A stretch of DNA of 64,000 nucleotides from Lama guanicoe (Eukaryota): NCBI GenBank assembly GCA_013239625.1, contig MU054662.1, positions 8,063,062-8,127,061 on the forward strand, written 5' to 3'. Of the stretch, positions 11,291 through 23,265 are shown one piece after another. Position numbers and translations under genes: made by a program. The notes below the pieces were generated by a model. The model made no database searches. It was not told where the DNA came from and saw only the letters and a program-made list of their open reading frames with translations. Position 1 is the first letter of the stretch, and each line of letters starts with the position of its first letter.

Positions 11291-12014
11291 GCATGGCCCT
11301 CTGGGACTTCAGGTCCTGGGGAGGGAGTGCTGGACCCCACAAGGGTGAGGGATGTTCAGCAGCAGTAGACTCAACATCCCAGCTCCCAGAGAGGGTCCCA
11401 CTCCCTCATGAGAGCACAGGAGGGCGTCATGCTGCCTGCTGTGCCGCCGCCTCCGCAGGCCTGGCCGGGTGCACAGGAGCCCTGCTGATACACATTGAAG
11501 AGCTCTTCACCAAGCCATGGCCATGTGTATTCCAATTTTTTATTTTTTTACCTTTTGATAAACTACGGAACCAAGTAGACACCAAGAACACAGGCAAGGA
11601 CATGCCCGGGGGTACAAAGTGCAGTCTGCAAAGAGGAGGACTGGCTCAGGGCTGGAGTCCAGCCGGGCCCAGGCCAAGCGCTGTGGGCAGTGGCCCTGGG
11701 CTACCCTCTTCCTCACCGAACATTGTAGGATCTTGGAAGGCTCAGTGATCACCTGACGTCACTAGGGATGTCAGAATACGTGGGAAATCCTGCTTTAGGT
11801 GGAAGGTTAATCAGGGAGCTAGGCGACCATCCAACGCCCAGATGCCATGCCTCCCACGTATTTCTGATGCACTGGCTGTGGACCAGGCGTGGCGTGGTCC
11901 AGTCCTGGGCACGGCGGTGAGTGGGACAGCGGGGCCTGCCCTCACGGCCTCTGGGCTGGGTCTCAGAGTTCCCTCTGATGTCTAGCCTCAGATGTCTTCC
12001 CGCAGGCAGGCAGG

Positions 12015-14790
12015 CAGCAGACACTAAGTTTCTCCTGTGCTCAAGGCCTTGTTGTAGGTGCAGGGGATCGTGTGCCAAACAAGACAGAGCACCTGCCATG
12101 AGGGAGTTCCTATTCTAAGAGGTGAGGGAAAGAGTCACTAAACAATGAGCCTGGGGATAAGAAAATTAGGGCCTGATCAATGCTGTGGCAAAGACAAAGT
12201 AGGTGCTGGCGGAGGTGCCTTGTCTGGGGTTGGGGAAGCTTTCTGAGGATGGGATATTTGTATCAAAACCTGGTGGATGAGGAGGTGGCAGCCATGTATG
12301 GACAGGAAGGAAGAGCATCTCCAGCAGAAGTAAAAGGAAGAGCAAAGCAGCCGGGGGTGGGGGGGGGCTGACCCTGCGCCCCTGGGAATTAGTAGACAAG
12401 AAGGAGAATGGAGAGAAACGAGATCAGAGAGGCAGACAGGGTCCTTCAAAGGATCTTAGGAGGCCACGGGCATTTGGCTCTGACTCCATTTGCAGTGGGA
12501 GCCCGTGGAAGGCTGTGGGTGGGAGGCAGGGGAGAGCAGACTGTGCTGTAGAAAGAGCAGTCTGGCTGCTGGGCGGAGTCAGGGAGGCCTGACGGGAGGC
12601 TCTGTTGACCCAGTCATGGCCATGGCAGTGGATAAAGAGCACAGTGGTTGGATTCAGGTGGTTCTACTCCCATCTACTTTGGCAGTAGAGCCCAGAGGAT
12701 TTCCTGATGAATTGGATGTGGTGGAGAGAAAGGAAGGAATCAAGAGTGACTCATAGATTTTTAGCAAGTGGGTGGAGAATGCACTTTTTACTTATATGGG
12801 GAAGGCTTGGAAGCAGGGGGTGTATGGATTTGAGGGGGGAAATTGAAAGATCTGTTTTGAACATGCTAAGTCTAGGATACCTTTAAACACTTTTAGTCAA
12901 CAGGGAAATTGAGTAGATGGTTGGACACAGATGTCTGAGGATCTGGGAAAGATACAGCTGGAGAAGCAAATCTGAGACCTGTGTGTGAAGAGGTTTTGAG
13001 AGCTGCAGGGTTAAGCAAGGTCACACAGGGAGAGAGGGTATAGAGAAGAAGGGCGCTGAGGACGCTCCGGGGTCTTTAGGCAACACCAGCAACGGAGGCT
13101 GAGAAGGAAGGAGTGTCAGTGAGATATGAGAAAAACCTCGTGAGATGAGGTCACAGACCTGGAGAAGAAAGTTTTTTGAGAAGGAGCAATTGGCTGACTG
13201 TGCCAAATGCTGCTGGCAGATCAAGATGACGACAGAGAATTGACTATTTACTATGGCAAGACCTAATCGTTCGTCATCTTGGTAATTAGTCATTAGTAGA
13301 ATGGTGACTGGAATGGGCATTATTTAGTGAGAAGAGAATCAAAGGTGAAAAAGTGGAGACAGTGAGTCTTGACAACTCTTTTGAATAGATGTGCTGTGAA
13401 GGGGGCTCAAAAGTAAGTAGAAAATGGGGGGAATGGGTGGGGTCAAGGGAAGAGTGAGGTCAAGGGAGGATTTATTTAAAGGAGGTATGTTTGCATGCCA
13501 GTGGAAATGACCCAGAAAAGAGGGAGAAAATGATAATGCAGAAGAAATAGAGGAGTTGCAAAGAAAGTTCTTGAAATGGCACAGGAGAATGGGTTCTGAG
13601 CCCAATGAAGGTACTGACCTTGGATAGGAGCCAGGATTCTTTTTCCATTGGAATTAGGGGAAGGGTAGGCAGCGTAGTTTGGTTCTGATGCAGATACAAT
13701 AAAGGACTTGTTGATGGGAAGATGTGATAGTTCTCATCTTACAGAAATCTATTTTCTCTATGAAATATACGCCAAGGTCATCAGTGAGACGGGACAAGGG
13801 AGAGAGCGTTGGAGACTTGAGGAGAGGGAAGGAAGTAGGCTAGTTTCCCCAGAGATTGGGAAATTGAATTTTCTAGGAAAGTGTAGTAGATTTCTCTGAC
13901 AGTGTTGAATGAGATTTGTGGTCATGTTTGTAGCAAGTCTAGTCAGCAAATTTGTGTCATTTTTCTCCAGCAACGTTCAGCTTCTCTGGTGCAGGGATAA
14001 GTGGATGGGACACCAGGCTGGAGTCCTGCTAGACCAGTACAGCAGGAGGAGCGCAGCCAGGAGGTTCAGGCTGTTGGAGTAGTTCAAGTGCTGGCCTGTG
14101 GAATCAGAGCTGGGTCAGGAAGAAAGTGGGCACATGCAGGGAGTGGTAGCAACAAATGACCAACAACAAAAAAAAAGTGGTGTCAATGAAATGAAGGTCT
14201 TGCTGAGGTTGGAGAATTGCTGGAGCATCAAAGTAAGCTAGTTCTCAGGAGGGTGGCGATGGTCAGAAAGTAGGACACTGGAAATCTACATTTAGTGGGC
14301 AATTCAGTAATTGGTGTGACAAAGTCTAGGGAATGGCCAGGTGAGTGGAGCCAAAGCTCACTAAAGCCAGGAAGGTCAAGGAAGTAAGAGACCAGGGTAT
14401 TGACTGGATCATCTTCATGTGTGTTGGTGTGTCCAACAATGATGGCAGGAAGGGTAGTGGAGAAGGAATCAGCAACCTCGGTGCCGAAGTCATTCATGAA
14501 AGAGAGGGAATGACCAAGAAGTTGGTAGAATGACAGCATTATATAGGTAGGAGGGGTCATGAGATCTGAGGATGAGCTTGGATTTTTCAAAGTAGAGACA
14601 GCTTAGATGGGGAGCAAAGAAGGTGTACACCCACCTTCCTGTTCTGAGGTACATCAGAGGTGGGAGACAAAACTTCTTCCACCTGGAAGGGCTACTGAGA
14701 AAACATGCCCTCAGGGGGACACCAGGATTCTCTTAAAGCAAGAAAATGAAGGTGATGGAGCGGACCGAGATTTCCAGAGGGCACAGTAAA
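12015..14790 (-). mobile_element. Long (about 2.8 kb) L2 LINE with decayed ORF2 (RT and APE endonuclease)
   Basis: L2 3' tail at left; minus-strand ORF fragments 13021-13320 (NSQFSVVIL, RT-like), 13472-13699 (IIFSLFSGSFPLACKH) and 14228-14590 (endonuclease-like). Confidence 0.9.
14228..14590 (-). pseudogene. L2 ORF2 APE-type endonuclease remnant (inactive)
   Basis: FYQLLGHSLSFMNDF...PAIIVGHTNTHEDDPVNTLVSYFLDL...GHSLDFV matches the L2 YRPPG...PAIILGDFNIHVDDPSNTLASQFLDL...GHTLDLV pattern; SDH motif present in a shifted frame. Confidence 0.8.
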
Positions 14791-16139
14791 AGGGAAGAGA
14801 GGGAAGAGAGAGGGGCAGGCGAGGGGGTCATAGCAAAACCTGGGAGTTTTAGGATCCTGTGGTGACCCAGCTGAATAGGAAGTGAGACGTGATGGGATTA
14901 GTTCTGAACTGTGACCGAGGACATTGGCACTGCTGGACTGGGCTCGCGATGGAGATACAGGGGCTTTAGCTGAAGGAGGAGGGGGCCGACGGGCTGGAGT
15001 TAGTACGAAGTGGTGACTGACGATCCACGTGGCTAATCCAGTCCGCCACTGGCGGTGTGTTAGCGGTCTGCGGGGAATGGAAGACAAGGATCATGTCACA
15101 GGGACTGTCATTTTAGACATCCCCTGTCAGCGCCTTTATTAAGAAAACGTAGGCCCAGTAAGGTTGAACAATTTGTACACGGACATCAGGCTCATAAGTG
15201 GGGTTAGAATTCCCTCAGCACCGAGGTGTGCTGCCTGTCTGAGGCTGAGGCAGAAGGAGCCTGAGGAGGCCAGTCCTCCAGCCCAGCGGCGGCTGGGAGA
15301 GCACCTTGTCTCTCACAGCGCCTTCTCACCCCTTGTGGTTGCCATGTTTGCACCAAACAGTGACGCGTGCTGGGCTTGGAGGCGCCATTGGAAACCAGAG
15401 AGCTTGGACCAGGACCTCCATCCCCATCCCCCTCGGTGGCACCTCAGTCAAGTGCCCTCACTGATCCTGCCATAGGATGTTTACCTGTGATTGCAGGCGC
15501 ACCTGCGTGGCAAGAAGCATGCAGGGCCTGTGACCTGCGGCGGGCGAGGCTGTCCCCAGACCTCTCAGGACCAGGCTGTGTGTGCCCTAGCGGGGGCTCC
15601 TGTCTGACACATGAATGAATCTTTTCCTGAGTGTCTGTCCGGGGCCTAGGACGCCTTCCATGAGGCTCAAAGTCGGGTTGAGGAGACCAGACTTGCACAC
15701 GGGACACGGGCTTGTGCTAAAGATCCTGAGAGGACTTTGAATTCAGTTGCTTTATGTTTCAGATGAGGAAATGCCATAGGAGCAACAGGACAAAGACTGT
15801 CCCTGGCGAACCCCTTAACTCTTGGTCCAAATCTTTGCCACCAGCTTGTGCTACATTTTAATTCAGCTTGCAATGGCTGCCGGGTGGCCCAGCATTGAGG
15901 GGCTGCCTGGTGGGCCCTGTCCCTCTTCTTCCCGCAGAGTCCCCACCCTCAGCACATCACGGTACCTGGGGGCCCGCAGCCCTCAGGAGAGGACGTCAGC
16001 GAACGTGGCCTGAGGAGCTGGCTCCTGCCTTGCCGCCCCTCTCTCCTTTCAGCCTGTGCAAGTGTTAAATACAGCATCAAATTAAGCAAAATTAAATACA
16101 TTTCCATGCAGCATTTTTCTCTTGACTGAATCAAACAAT

Positions 16140-16557
16140 NNNNNNNNNNNNNNNNNNNNNNNNNNNNNNNNNNNNNNNNNNNNNNNNNNNNNNNNNNNNN
16201 NNNNNNNNNNNNNNNNNNNNNNNNNNNNNNNNNNNNNNNNNNNNNNNNNNNNNNNNNNNNNNNNNNNNNNNNNNNNNNNNNNTCNNNNNNNNNNNNNNNN
16301 NNNNNNNNNNNNNNNNNNNNNNNNNNNNNNNNNNNNNNNNNNNNNNNNNNNNNNNNNNNNNNNNNNNNNNNNNNNNNNNNNNNNNNNNNNNNNNNNNNNN
16401 NNNNNNNNNNNNNNNNNNNNNNNNNNNNNNNNNNNNNNNNNNNNNNNNNNNNNNNNNNNNNNNNNNNNNNNNNNNNNNNNNNNNNNNNNNNNNNNNNNNN
16501 NNNNNNNNNNNNNNNNNNNNNNNNNNNNNNNNNNNNNNNNNNNNNNNNNNNNNNNNN
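16140..16557. other. N-block 3 (143 N + TC + 273 N)
   Basis: Two N runs separated by the dinucleotide TC at 16283-16284; left flank AT/homeodomain-rich. Confidence 0.95.
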
Positions 16558-16639
16558 AGACTCCTGGGGCTGCTTGAAGCTCAGCTTATAACCACCACTC
16601 TTAACCTGCAGGCATCTGGGGAACGGCATTCGGGATCTT

Positions 16640-17110
16640 GAATGAAAAATTAGGGCGGGGCTGGCGAGGAGGGGGCCAGGCCATCTGCACAGAGGCAAGG
16701 GGAGGCCATGTCTCCCCTAAAAAAGTTCCCCTCTGGCATTCGGGAGTTCCCTGTCTGCCGTTAGTATCAAAACCTCTGAGGAAGGACAGCTACCAGCCAG
16801 TCTAAGTCTGGGAGACCACGGGCCCGGGCTATCTTCAGGAAGTCTTTCCTGGATTTGAGTTAAAATGGGCTCCAAGGCTCCTCTGTGGGTGTCACAGGCT
16901 ACACGGGGCGGGCAGCGGAAGTGACGGTGGAGTATGTGTTTCTACTCTGTGCTCTGTGTGAAGGGCCCGGCTGGAGTCCTCTTGGGGATGAGGCTCCAAG
17001 GTTCACACGCTGTGCACGCCCCTCTGGGCTCCGCATGGCCGGGCAAGCCCGCCCAGCGACACAGACACAGACATGACCGGGTCCGGCTGTCCTTGGTGCC
17101 CAGGCGATGG
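16640..17110. promoter_or_regulatory. Candidate promoter-like/enhancer element
   Basis: GC boxes (16653, 16905), ETS-CRE-type CGGAAGTGACG 16916-16926, local CpG retention, degenerate RE1 at 17083-17103. Confidence 0.35.
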
Positions 17111-17769
17111 GCATCTGAGGCTGAGGCCCCTTCCCTCCCCAACCTCAGTCCCTCTTGCTTTCCCAGAGGGCCGAGGGTGGGGCCTCTGTCTCAGGCCTGG
17201 AGGCTGAGGGTCTCCAAGCAGAGGTTTAAGACAGCCAGGGAGCCAGAGGAAACTGGGGATCTGAGTGACTGCACTGGCTTCCTGGATGCTGGTTAGACAG
17301 CTTTTCTGGAATTAGGGGTTGCTCACACTTTAAAGATAATTCAGAACTAGCTGGTCAGGGCTGATGACCCCAGCTCTCACCTCAAGGTCACCTGGGGGTC
17401 GGTGTCCCCTGGAGCTCAGGCCACTTGCTGGGACCATTCCTCCCCTCTGGGCCTGCAAGTGTTGGTGGCCAGAGCCAGCTCAGAACTACCTCAGGAGGAA
17501 AGGGATTGAAAGGCTGGGGTATACACGTGTGGTCTGGCCAGGTATAATTCTGGCACTGTGTAGTGCAGGCCCAATTTAGACAAATCCCTTTAGAAATATT
17601 CCTTCGAAGCCTTCCCAGTGGCTGACCTGCCATCACAAAGAACTTCTTTCTCTTTCTTTATCAGGCTGCTGTGCCTGAGATTTTCTTGTATTTGTCCCCA
17701 GATCCTCAGAGTCCAGTCCCTTCTTTAATTTACCCCAGTACCAGACAGGGTAGGCTTGTGAATGTCGTG

Positions 17770-17985
17770 AAGAGTGAGAACTTGCAAAACAGGCAGACCT
17801 GGATTTGCATTCTGACTGACCGCTCACCAGGTGAATGGCTCTTTCCTCATCCATCAAACGGGGTAATGACAGTCACTGTCATAAATAACAGGTCTTTCGG
17901 GGGTTGTTCTGAAGATGAAATGAGATGACCTGAGGGAAAGTATCTGGATAACATAGGTGCTCAATAGATGTCTGTTGAATGTTTC
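17770..17985 (+). mobile_element. MIR SINE
   Basis: CAGACCTGGATTTGCATTCTG...TTTCCTCATCCATCAAACGGGGTAATG...ATAGGTGCTCAATAGATG. Confidence 0.8.
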
Positions 17986-18504
17986 CAGAACATGACTTTT
18001 ATACAAAACAAATCGCGTGTTTTCTCTGCTGTGAAATTCAACTTGCCAGCCTAGAGATGACTGCGAAGATTAAAGAAGGACCAGCAATTTCTAGCTCTAA
18101 TCCCCTACAACAATCACTGGAGATTTTCTCGAACTCATAAGAAAAGCAAAGCTACAGTCTTCCAGGGAATTTTCTTTTTAGAGCAAGTCAGCTTCCTGAA
18201 CTCACATGTACCCTTAAAACAAGATGCCTGAGTTTGGCCTGGCCAAACTAGCATGGCTCAGAAAAGGACCACTGCCCTGAAGGCAAGGGCCTGGCCTTTG
18301 AGTTACCCAAATCCAATTCATTTCCCCATTTGGGACAAGGTGGAGCTGCCATTGCAGGGACAGTGCTGTTGTCTTGACTGTTCCGTGGGACGTTTGGCCT
18401 TGATCCTTTTGCCGTCTTGGGTCCCACTGTTCAGCTTGTCAGGAGAATCTCTAGGTACCTTCGGAGACAGTTGGCAGGGAGGAGCTCTCTGCTAGCTCCA
18501 AACG

Positions 18505-18740
18505 AGGGGCTGTTAGTGCATGGGTTTTGGAGTCAGACCAAATTGGGTTTGAAAACTGACTCTGCCTGTTTTAAGCTGTGTGGCCTTGGGCTAGTTGCTT
18601 CCTACTCAGAACCTCAGTTCCTTGTCTCTGAAACGGGAACATGATGTTTATCTCAGCGCGTCATTGCCAGTGAGATCATACTCATAGGTGCTCACATGTG
18701 GCCAGCACATAGCAGTCTCTCAGTGCGTGGCATCATTATT
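18505..18740 (+). mobile_element. MIR SINE
   Basis: TTTGGAGTCAGAC...AGCTGTGTGGCCTTGGGC...CCTCAGTTCCTTGTCTCTGAAACGGG. Confidence 0.85.
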
Positions 18741-18746
18741 TGTCTA

Positions 18747-19056
18747 CATGGTCGGCCCTCAGCATCCACAGTTTCCTCACCTGTGGATTCAACCAACCTC
18801 TGATCAAAAAAATTTGCAAAAATCCTCCAGAAATTTCCAAAAAGCAAATTTGAATTTGCATCACTCCAGTAACTATATACATAGCATTTACATTGTATAA
18901 ATATTATAAGTGATCTAGAGATGATTTAAAGTATATGGGTACATGTGCATAGGTTATATGCAAATACCATGTTATGCTCTATAAAGGATTTGAGCGTCTG
19001 TGGATTTTGGTATCCTCGGGACCCTGGATCCAATCCTCAGTGAATACCAACAGCTG
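18747..19056. mobile_element. Tigger3/MER7-type TcMar MITE
   Basis: TA flanks; GTCGGCCCTC...TGTGGATTCAACCAAC...ATAGCATTTACATTGTAT...TCTAGAGATGATTTAAAGTAT...GGATTTTGGTATCC. Confidence 0.85.
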
Positions 19057-19061
19057 TACAA

Positions 19062-19220
19062 GTGCAGGGTGAGCATCAGAATCCCTGGGGGGTTAAAGCA
19101 TAGATTACCCAAACTGCAGGGTCTCTGATTCAAGTCTGAGATGAAGCCTGAGGATTTCCATTCCTGACCAGTTCCCAGATGATGCTACTGGCCCAGGGAA
19201 CACACTTTGGAAAGCACTGT
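19062..19220. mobile_element. MER5A hAT-Charlie MITE
   Basis: GCATCAGAATCCCTGG...TCTGATTCA...GTTCCCAGATGATGCT...CACACTTTGGAAAGCACTG. Confidence 0.8.
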
Positions 19221-19328
19221 CTATACAATCCAAAGGGAGGGAAATAATCCATTATATTTACACCTTACAGGCATTCAACCTAGTTTATGAAGATTTTCAT
19301 GTGGGTTCAGAGGACTGAACTATCCAGA

Positions 19329-19518
19329 CTGGTGCTGTCCAGCAGAACTTTCTGCAATGATGGAAGTGTTCTACATCTGTGCTGGCCAGTTTGGTAGCCG
19401 CCAGCCACATGCAGTGATTGAACAGTTGAAATGCAGCTGGTCCATGTGGGGAAGTGAATTCTCCATTTACATTTAAATAACCACATGTGGCAGATGACCA
19501 CCATATTGGACAGAGCAG
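19329..19518. mobile_element. MER3 hAT-Charlie MITE
   Basis: GTGCTGTCCAGCAGAACTTTCTGCAATGATGGAAGTGTTCTA...CCACATGTGGC...ATATTGGACAGAGCAG. Confidence 0.9.
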
Positions 19519-19944
19519 ATGGCAGTCTCATAGATGGAGGTTAGTGAAGGCACTTCTGTTACCCAGGAAAATACGTGGTTGAATGATGTCACCTCAAGAG
19601 CCAAGATTGGGTTGAGATGCAATACTACAGCCGCCTCCTCCATCAGCGAGCTCCCTCTATGTAAGGACCTTCTCGGGAGACTTTAGGAGTCAAGTAGTGA
19701 AGCTTCCTTCTTTCCTCATATATGTGAGTATCCAGGTGTACTGCTCTCTGGAGGAGTCGGGAACAGCTGAAATAAATGAAGTGCAGGGTTTGAACATCCA
19801 GGTGGAATAAATGCGACGGACCTCTTAGGGACAACATCCGAGCAGCAATGCGCCAGAGCCGTGACCTGTGTGTCTCAGGGATAGCGAACAATACAGACAT
19901 CTTCTGGAAGGAAGTAGCCGTCAGGAGGCAGTATGATTTGTTCA

Positions 19945-20200
19945 TGGTTAATGTGGAAGAACAGAAGGGTCAGGTTAAAAGGAAAAAGGACCTTGTTCAA
20001 AGCTAGCTCTGTTACTTCCGAGCCGCAGGCCATTAGGTAAATTATGTAACCTCTTTATGCCTTGGTCTCTCTGTCTGCAAATAGAAATAATAATAGTACC
20101 CACCTACAGGGCTGTTTTAAGAACTGAATGAAATCCTGCACCTCACGTGCTACACCCGATGCCTGGCCCCCGGGAAGTGTTTTTGAGAGGGTAGCTATTA
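19945..20200 (+). mobile_element. MIR SINE
   Basis: TAACCTCTTTATGCCTTGGTCTCTCTGTCTGCAAATAGAAATAATAATAGTACCCACCTACAGGGCTGTT. Confidence 0.8.
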
Positions 20201-20414
20201 TTTTGTTCTGCACACCACTGACCTCACTCCTAGTGGCCCCATGGGCTGTCCCATAAGGGCAGATTGAGGGTCAGGCTCTGGGAGCCCTCCCCTGGGTGAG
20301 TCGATCAGGGAGGGGTGTCTTATCCTGGTCCCTTCTTGGGGTAGAGGTGACCTCTCAGCCTGCAGACCCCCCAGGAGTGAGCCTTTACTCCAGCACAACA
20401 ACCGTGATGGATAG

Positions 20415-20650
20415 NNNNNNNNNNNNNNNNNNNNNNNNNNNNNNNNNNNNNNNNNNNNNNNNNNNNNNNNNNNNNNNNNNNNNNNNNNNNNNNNNNNNNN
20501 NNNNNNNNNNNNNNNNNNNNNNNNNNNNNNNNNNNNNNNNNNNNNNNNNNNNNNNNNNNNNNNNNNNNNNNNNNNNNNNNNNNNNNNNNNNNNNNNNNNN
20601 NNNNNNNNNNNNNNNNNNNNNNNNNNNNNNNNNNNNNNNNNNNNNNNNNN
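20415..20650. other. N-block 4 (236 bp)
   Basis: Run of N in unique sequence. Confidence 0.95.
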
Positions 20651-21399
20651 AGGCTACCGAGTGCTTGAGCACATTTGGTGATTATTTGTATTATGAAGGG
20701 AATGATGGATTCCAGGCCTGGAATCAATCTAACTCAGGAAACCCACAAGACCAGCCTCCTCCGGGAGAGGACAGCAGAGATTTCTGGAGGTCATCTGAGC
20801 CTCCGCCTGCCCCCACCCCCAGATCTGATCAGCCTCCCCTAGACCATTCTTCATGTATGGCTGTTTCACTTCCGAGGTCCCCGAGCTTCCGTGAGGGCAC
20901 GCGCTGTTCCAGCTTCTTAGCTACACAGTATGCATCTCCTTGGAGACTGGCTGCAGGGTGGGGTGGGGATGGGGCTCTGCTGTAGTTTGAAAGTAGCAGA
21001 AGGAGCCCCACCTGGGAGTGCGCCGGCCACAAAGCAGAGAAGGGGACCCAGGCTTCCTCTTGTGCTGTCTGTGGGCCGTTAGACAGAGATGCTGTCCCAC
21101 GCAGCCTAGAGTCTGGAGAGATGAGGACCACAGATGCTGTGGTTCCCCCTATTCTTCAGCTGGGGTCCCCAAGGCCTAGGGAGGGTGATCAGTCCAATAT
21201 CTTAGACACAGAGCCAAAGCTCGAGCTCAGGCGTGTGCCCCCTACAGCCCTGCTGTCTTGAAAGGGCTCTCACACTAGACAGAGAAAGAACTTTGAGGAA
21301 ACCTCTGCCAGACTCCCAGTTCTACCCCGAGGTGCATCAGGGACAAGGGTGTGGAGTGGCGCTGAGAAATGAAACTGAGGAAATAAAGGAGGCCTCGTC

Positions 21400-21610
21400 G
21401 TCCAGTTCATAGTCTTGACTGGGAGACTGAGGGGTTTCGACTGATCTAATATTGGGCTATAAATCATTTAACTTCTGGTAAGTGTCAGTGTGGCCTCACC
21501 TGGATCCTCATCTGTGAAATGGGGATAATAAATGATCCAGCCCATGGGTTTTCGATGAGGCTTATATGAAAGGCTGTGTTTAGGACGCCGTGTTTAACGG
21601 CATCATTCTC
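21400..21610 (+). mobile_element. MIR SINE
   Basis: TCCTCATCTGTGAAATGGGGATAATAA core. Confidence 0.7.
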
Positions 21611-21673
21611 CCCGTGAGGAAACAGCAGTGGCGGCAGCAGCTGTGCGGGGCAGCAGGTCAGTCCTCTACGAGG

Positions 21674-22030
21674 CAGTGGCGCTGGGGCCGCCTCATACCG
21701 GCTTGCAAGAGCTGATTGCTAGCTTTTCAGGAATTTTGCAAGCTAATGGTCAAACATGGCCATTATTAAAATTAAATTATGTAGACTTAAATTATATTAA
21801 ACATAAGAGTAATAAATAGTCAAACTCATGGATTCCTTACAGTTCTACTGCATTTTACTATTATCTGTGCCCTTAAGGTTATTGACACCTCTTGAATCTG
21901 TGTGGGGGAAGCACCATGTAAGGGCATGCTTCTCACTCTGCATCTCTACCCTCGCTGGTAGCTTGAAATTGGTCACGTGGGAGTATTATTCCAGAGAGCA
22001 GGTTGTTAAATATTTACCAGCACCTTACGG
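21674..22030. mobile_element. MER63 (MER63B-like) hAT-Blackjack transposon
   Basis: CAGTGGCGCTGGGGCCGCCTCATACCGGCTTGCAAGAGCTGATTG...TTTTCAGGAATTTTGC...GGTAGCTTGAAATTGG...GTTGTTAAATATTTACCAGCAC. Confidence 0.85.
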
Positions 22031-23074
22031 GTCCTGGAAAGGATGTGGGTGAGGGTCTTGTAATGAAGATTAGTGAGGGACATAAGACAAGCCCCCATCC
22101 CAGTGCTGGGCACATAGCACACACTAAGTTAGTGATGCTATAACTGGGGAGACACTGGGAGGAAACACGGAGGGGCGAAGAGCAGAACCTGGGACAGGGC
22201 ACTGATGCTCACAGGGCTCGCAGAGTTGGCACCTAAAAGAAATTTTAGTGTTACACAAATTTGACTTCCTGGAAATTTGTGCATCAACTGGGTTTTTTAA
22301 AAATCAAGTAATATCCTAAAGGTATTAGGAAGCTGCCAGTGGAAAGTCTCATGGTACATAATTTCTTAAGAGGAAAGAAACCTTCTGAAACAGATTCCTG
22401 CCCAAACTGAAATCGTGTGTGAAAATGGATGTTTTACTCAATTCCTTCAAAGTAAAGTCCACTAAACTTCATAAAAGGATTGTGTCCAATGTATGGGTGG
22501 GTGTTGACCAACTGTGCGCCCTTTTGCCGCCCGCTGAGGTTCTGGGAGCCGCTCCCCCCACTGCCCCCCGCCCCCCCTGCCCCTGGGGGAGGGGCACCCT
22601 TCCTGGGGCCCTGCTGGGCCTCGCTGCCGGGTATGGGGCTTGGTAAGGGACAGGCCAGTGCTTTGCAGTGTGGTTCTCCGTCCTCCCTCCCCCAGCAGTT
22701 CCTTGTGAATCTGGCCTCTGAGGGGGGGACATCGGCAGGTGTGGCCCTTGACCCTTTCCCATTGCGGGGGCCGGTGTTGCTGTGTGGCCAGAGTTTCCCA
22801 GAGATGACTTGGCCAGAACGCGCAGGGAAGAACAGCTCATGTCCTGAGTGTCAGGCAGAATATGACCCATAGTTTCTTCTTGTCCCTTCCTGAGCGGGAC
22901 GGTGTGTCTGATGCTTTATCCTAGAAGGTATGTGAGGTACGTGGGGCCCCTCCTCCAGCTCACGTGAGCTGGCCGTTCTGAGTTCCCTGCTGTCCGGGAA
23001 CTTGCCAGCTGGGACTGGGGAGACCCTCTTGTCTCAGGCCTTTCTCTCCCTCAGTCCCTCACTATTAACAATCT

Positions 23075-23265
23075 TACCACATTAATCCTCTCCACCCCAC
23101 TAATGAAGTCCATATTTTATTATCCCATTTTGTAGATGAGAAAACTGAGGCACAAAGAGCTTCGTTAGCTTGTCCAAGGTCATGTAGCTAGTACCTGGTG
23201 GCATGAGGACTCTGCTCTAGGGCTGTCTGACCCCAGGGCCCAGGCCAAATCACAACACTGTGTCA
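23075..23265 (-). mobile_element. MIR SINE
   Basis: TATCCCATTTTGTAGATGAGAAAACTGAGGCACAAAGAG...TTGTCCAAGGTCATGTAGCTAGTA. Confidence 0.9.

Noticed and set aside
15949-16698. Long ORFs spanning N-blocks (249, 229, 239, 210 aa etc.)
   Set aside because: Their length is an artefact of N runs containing no stop codons.
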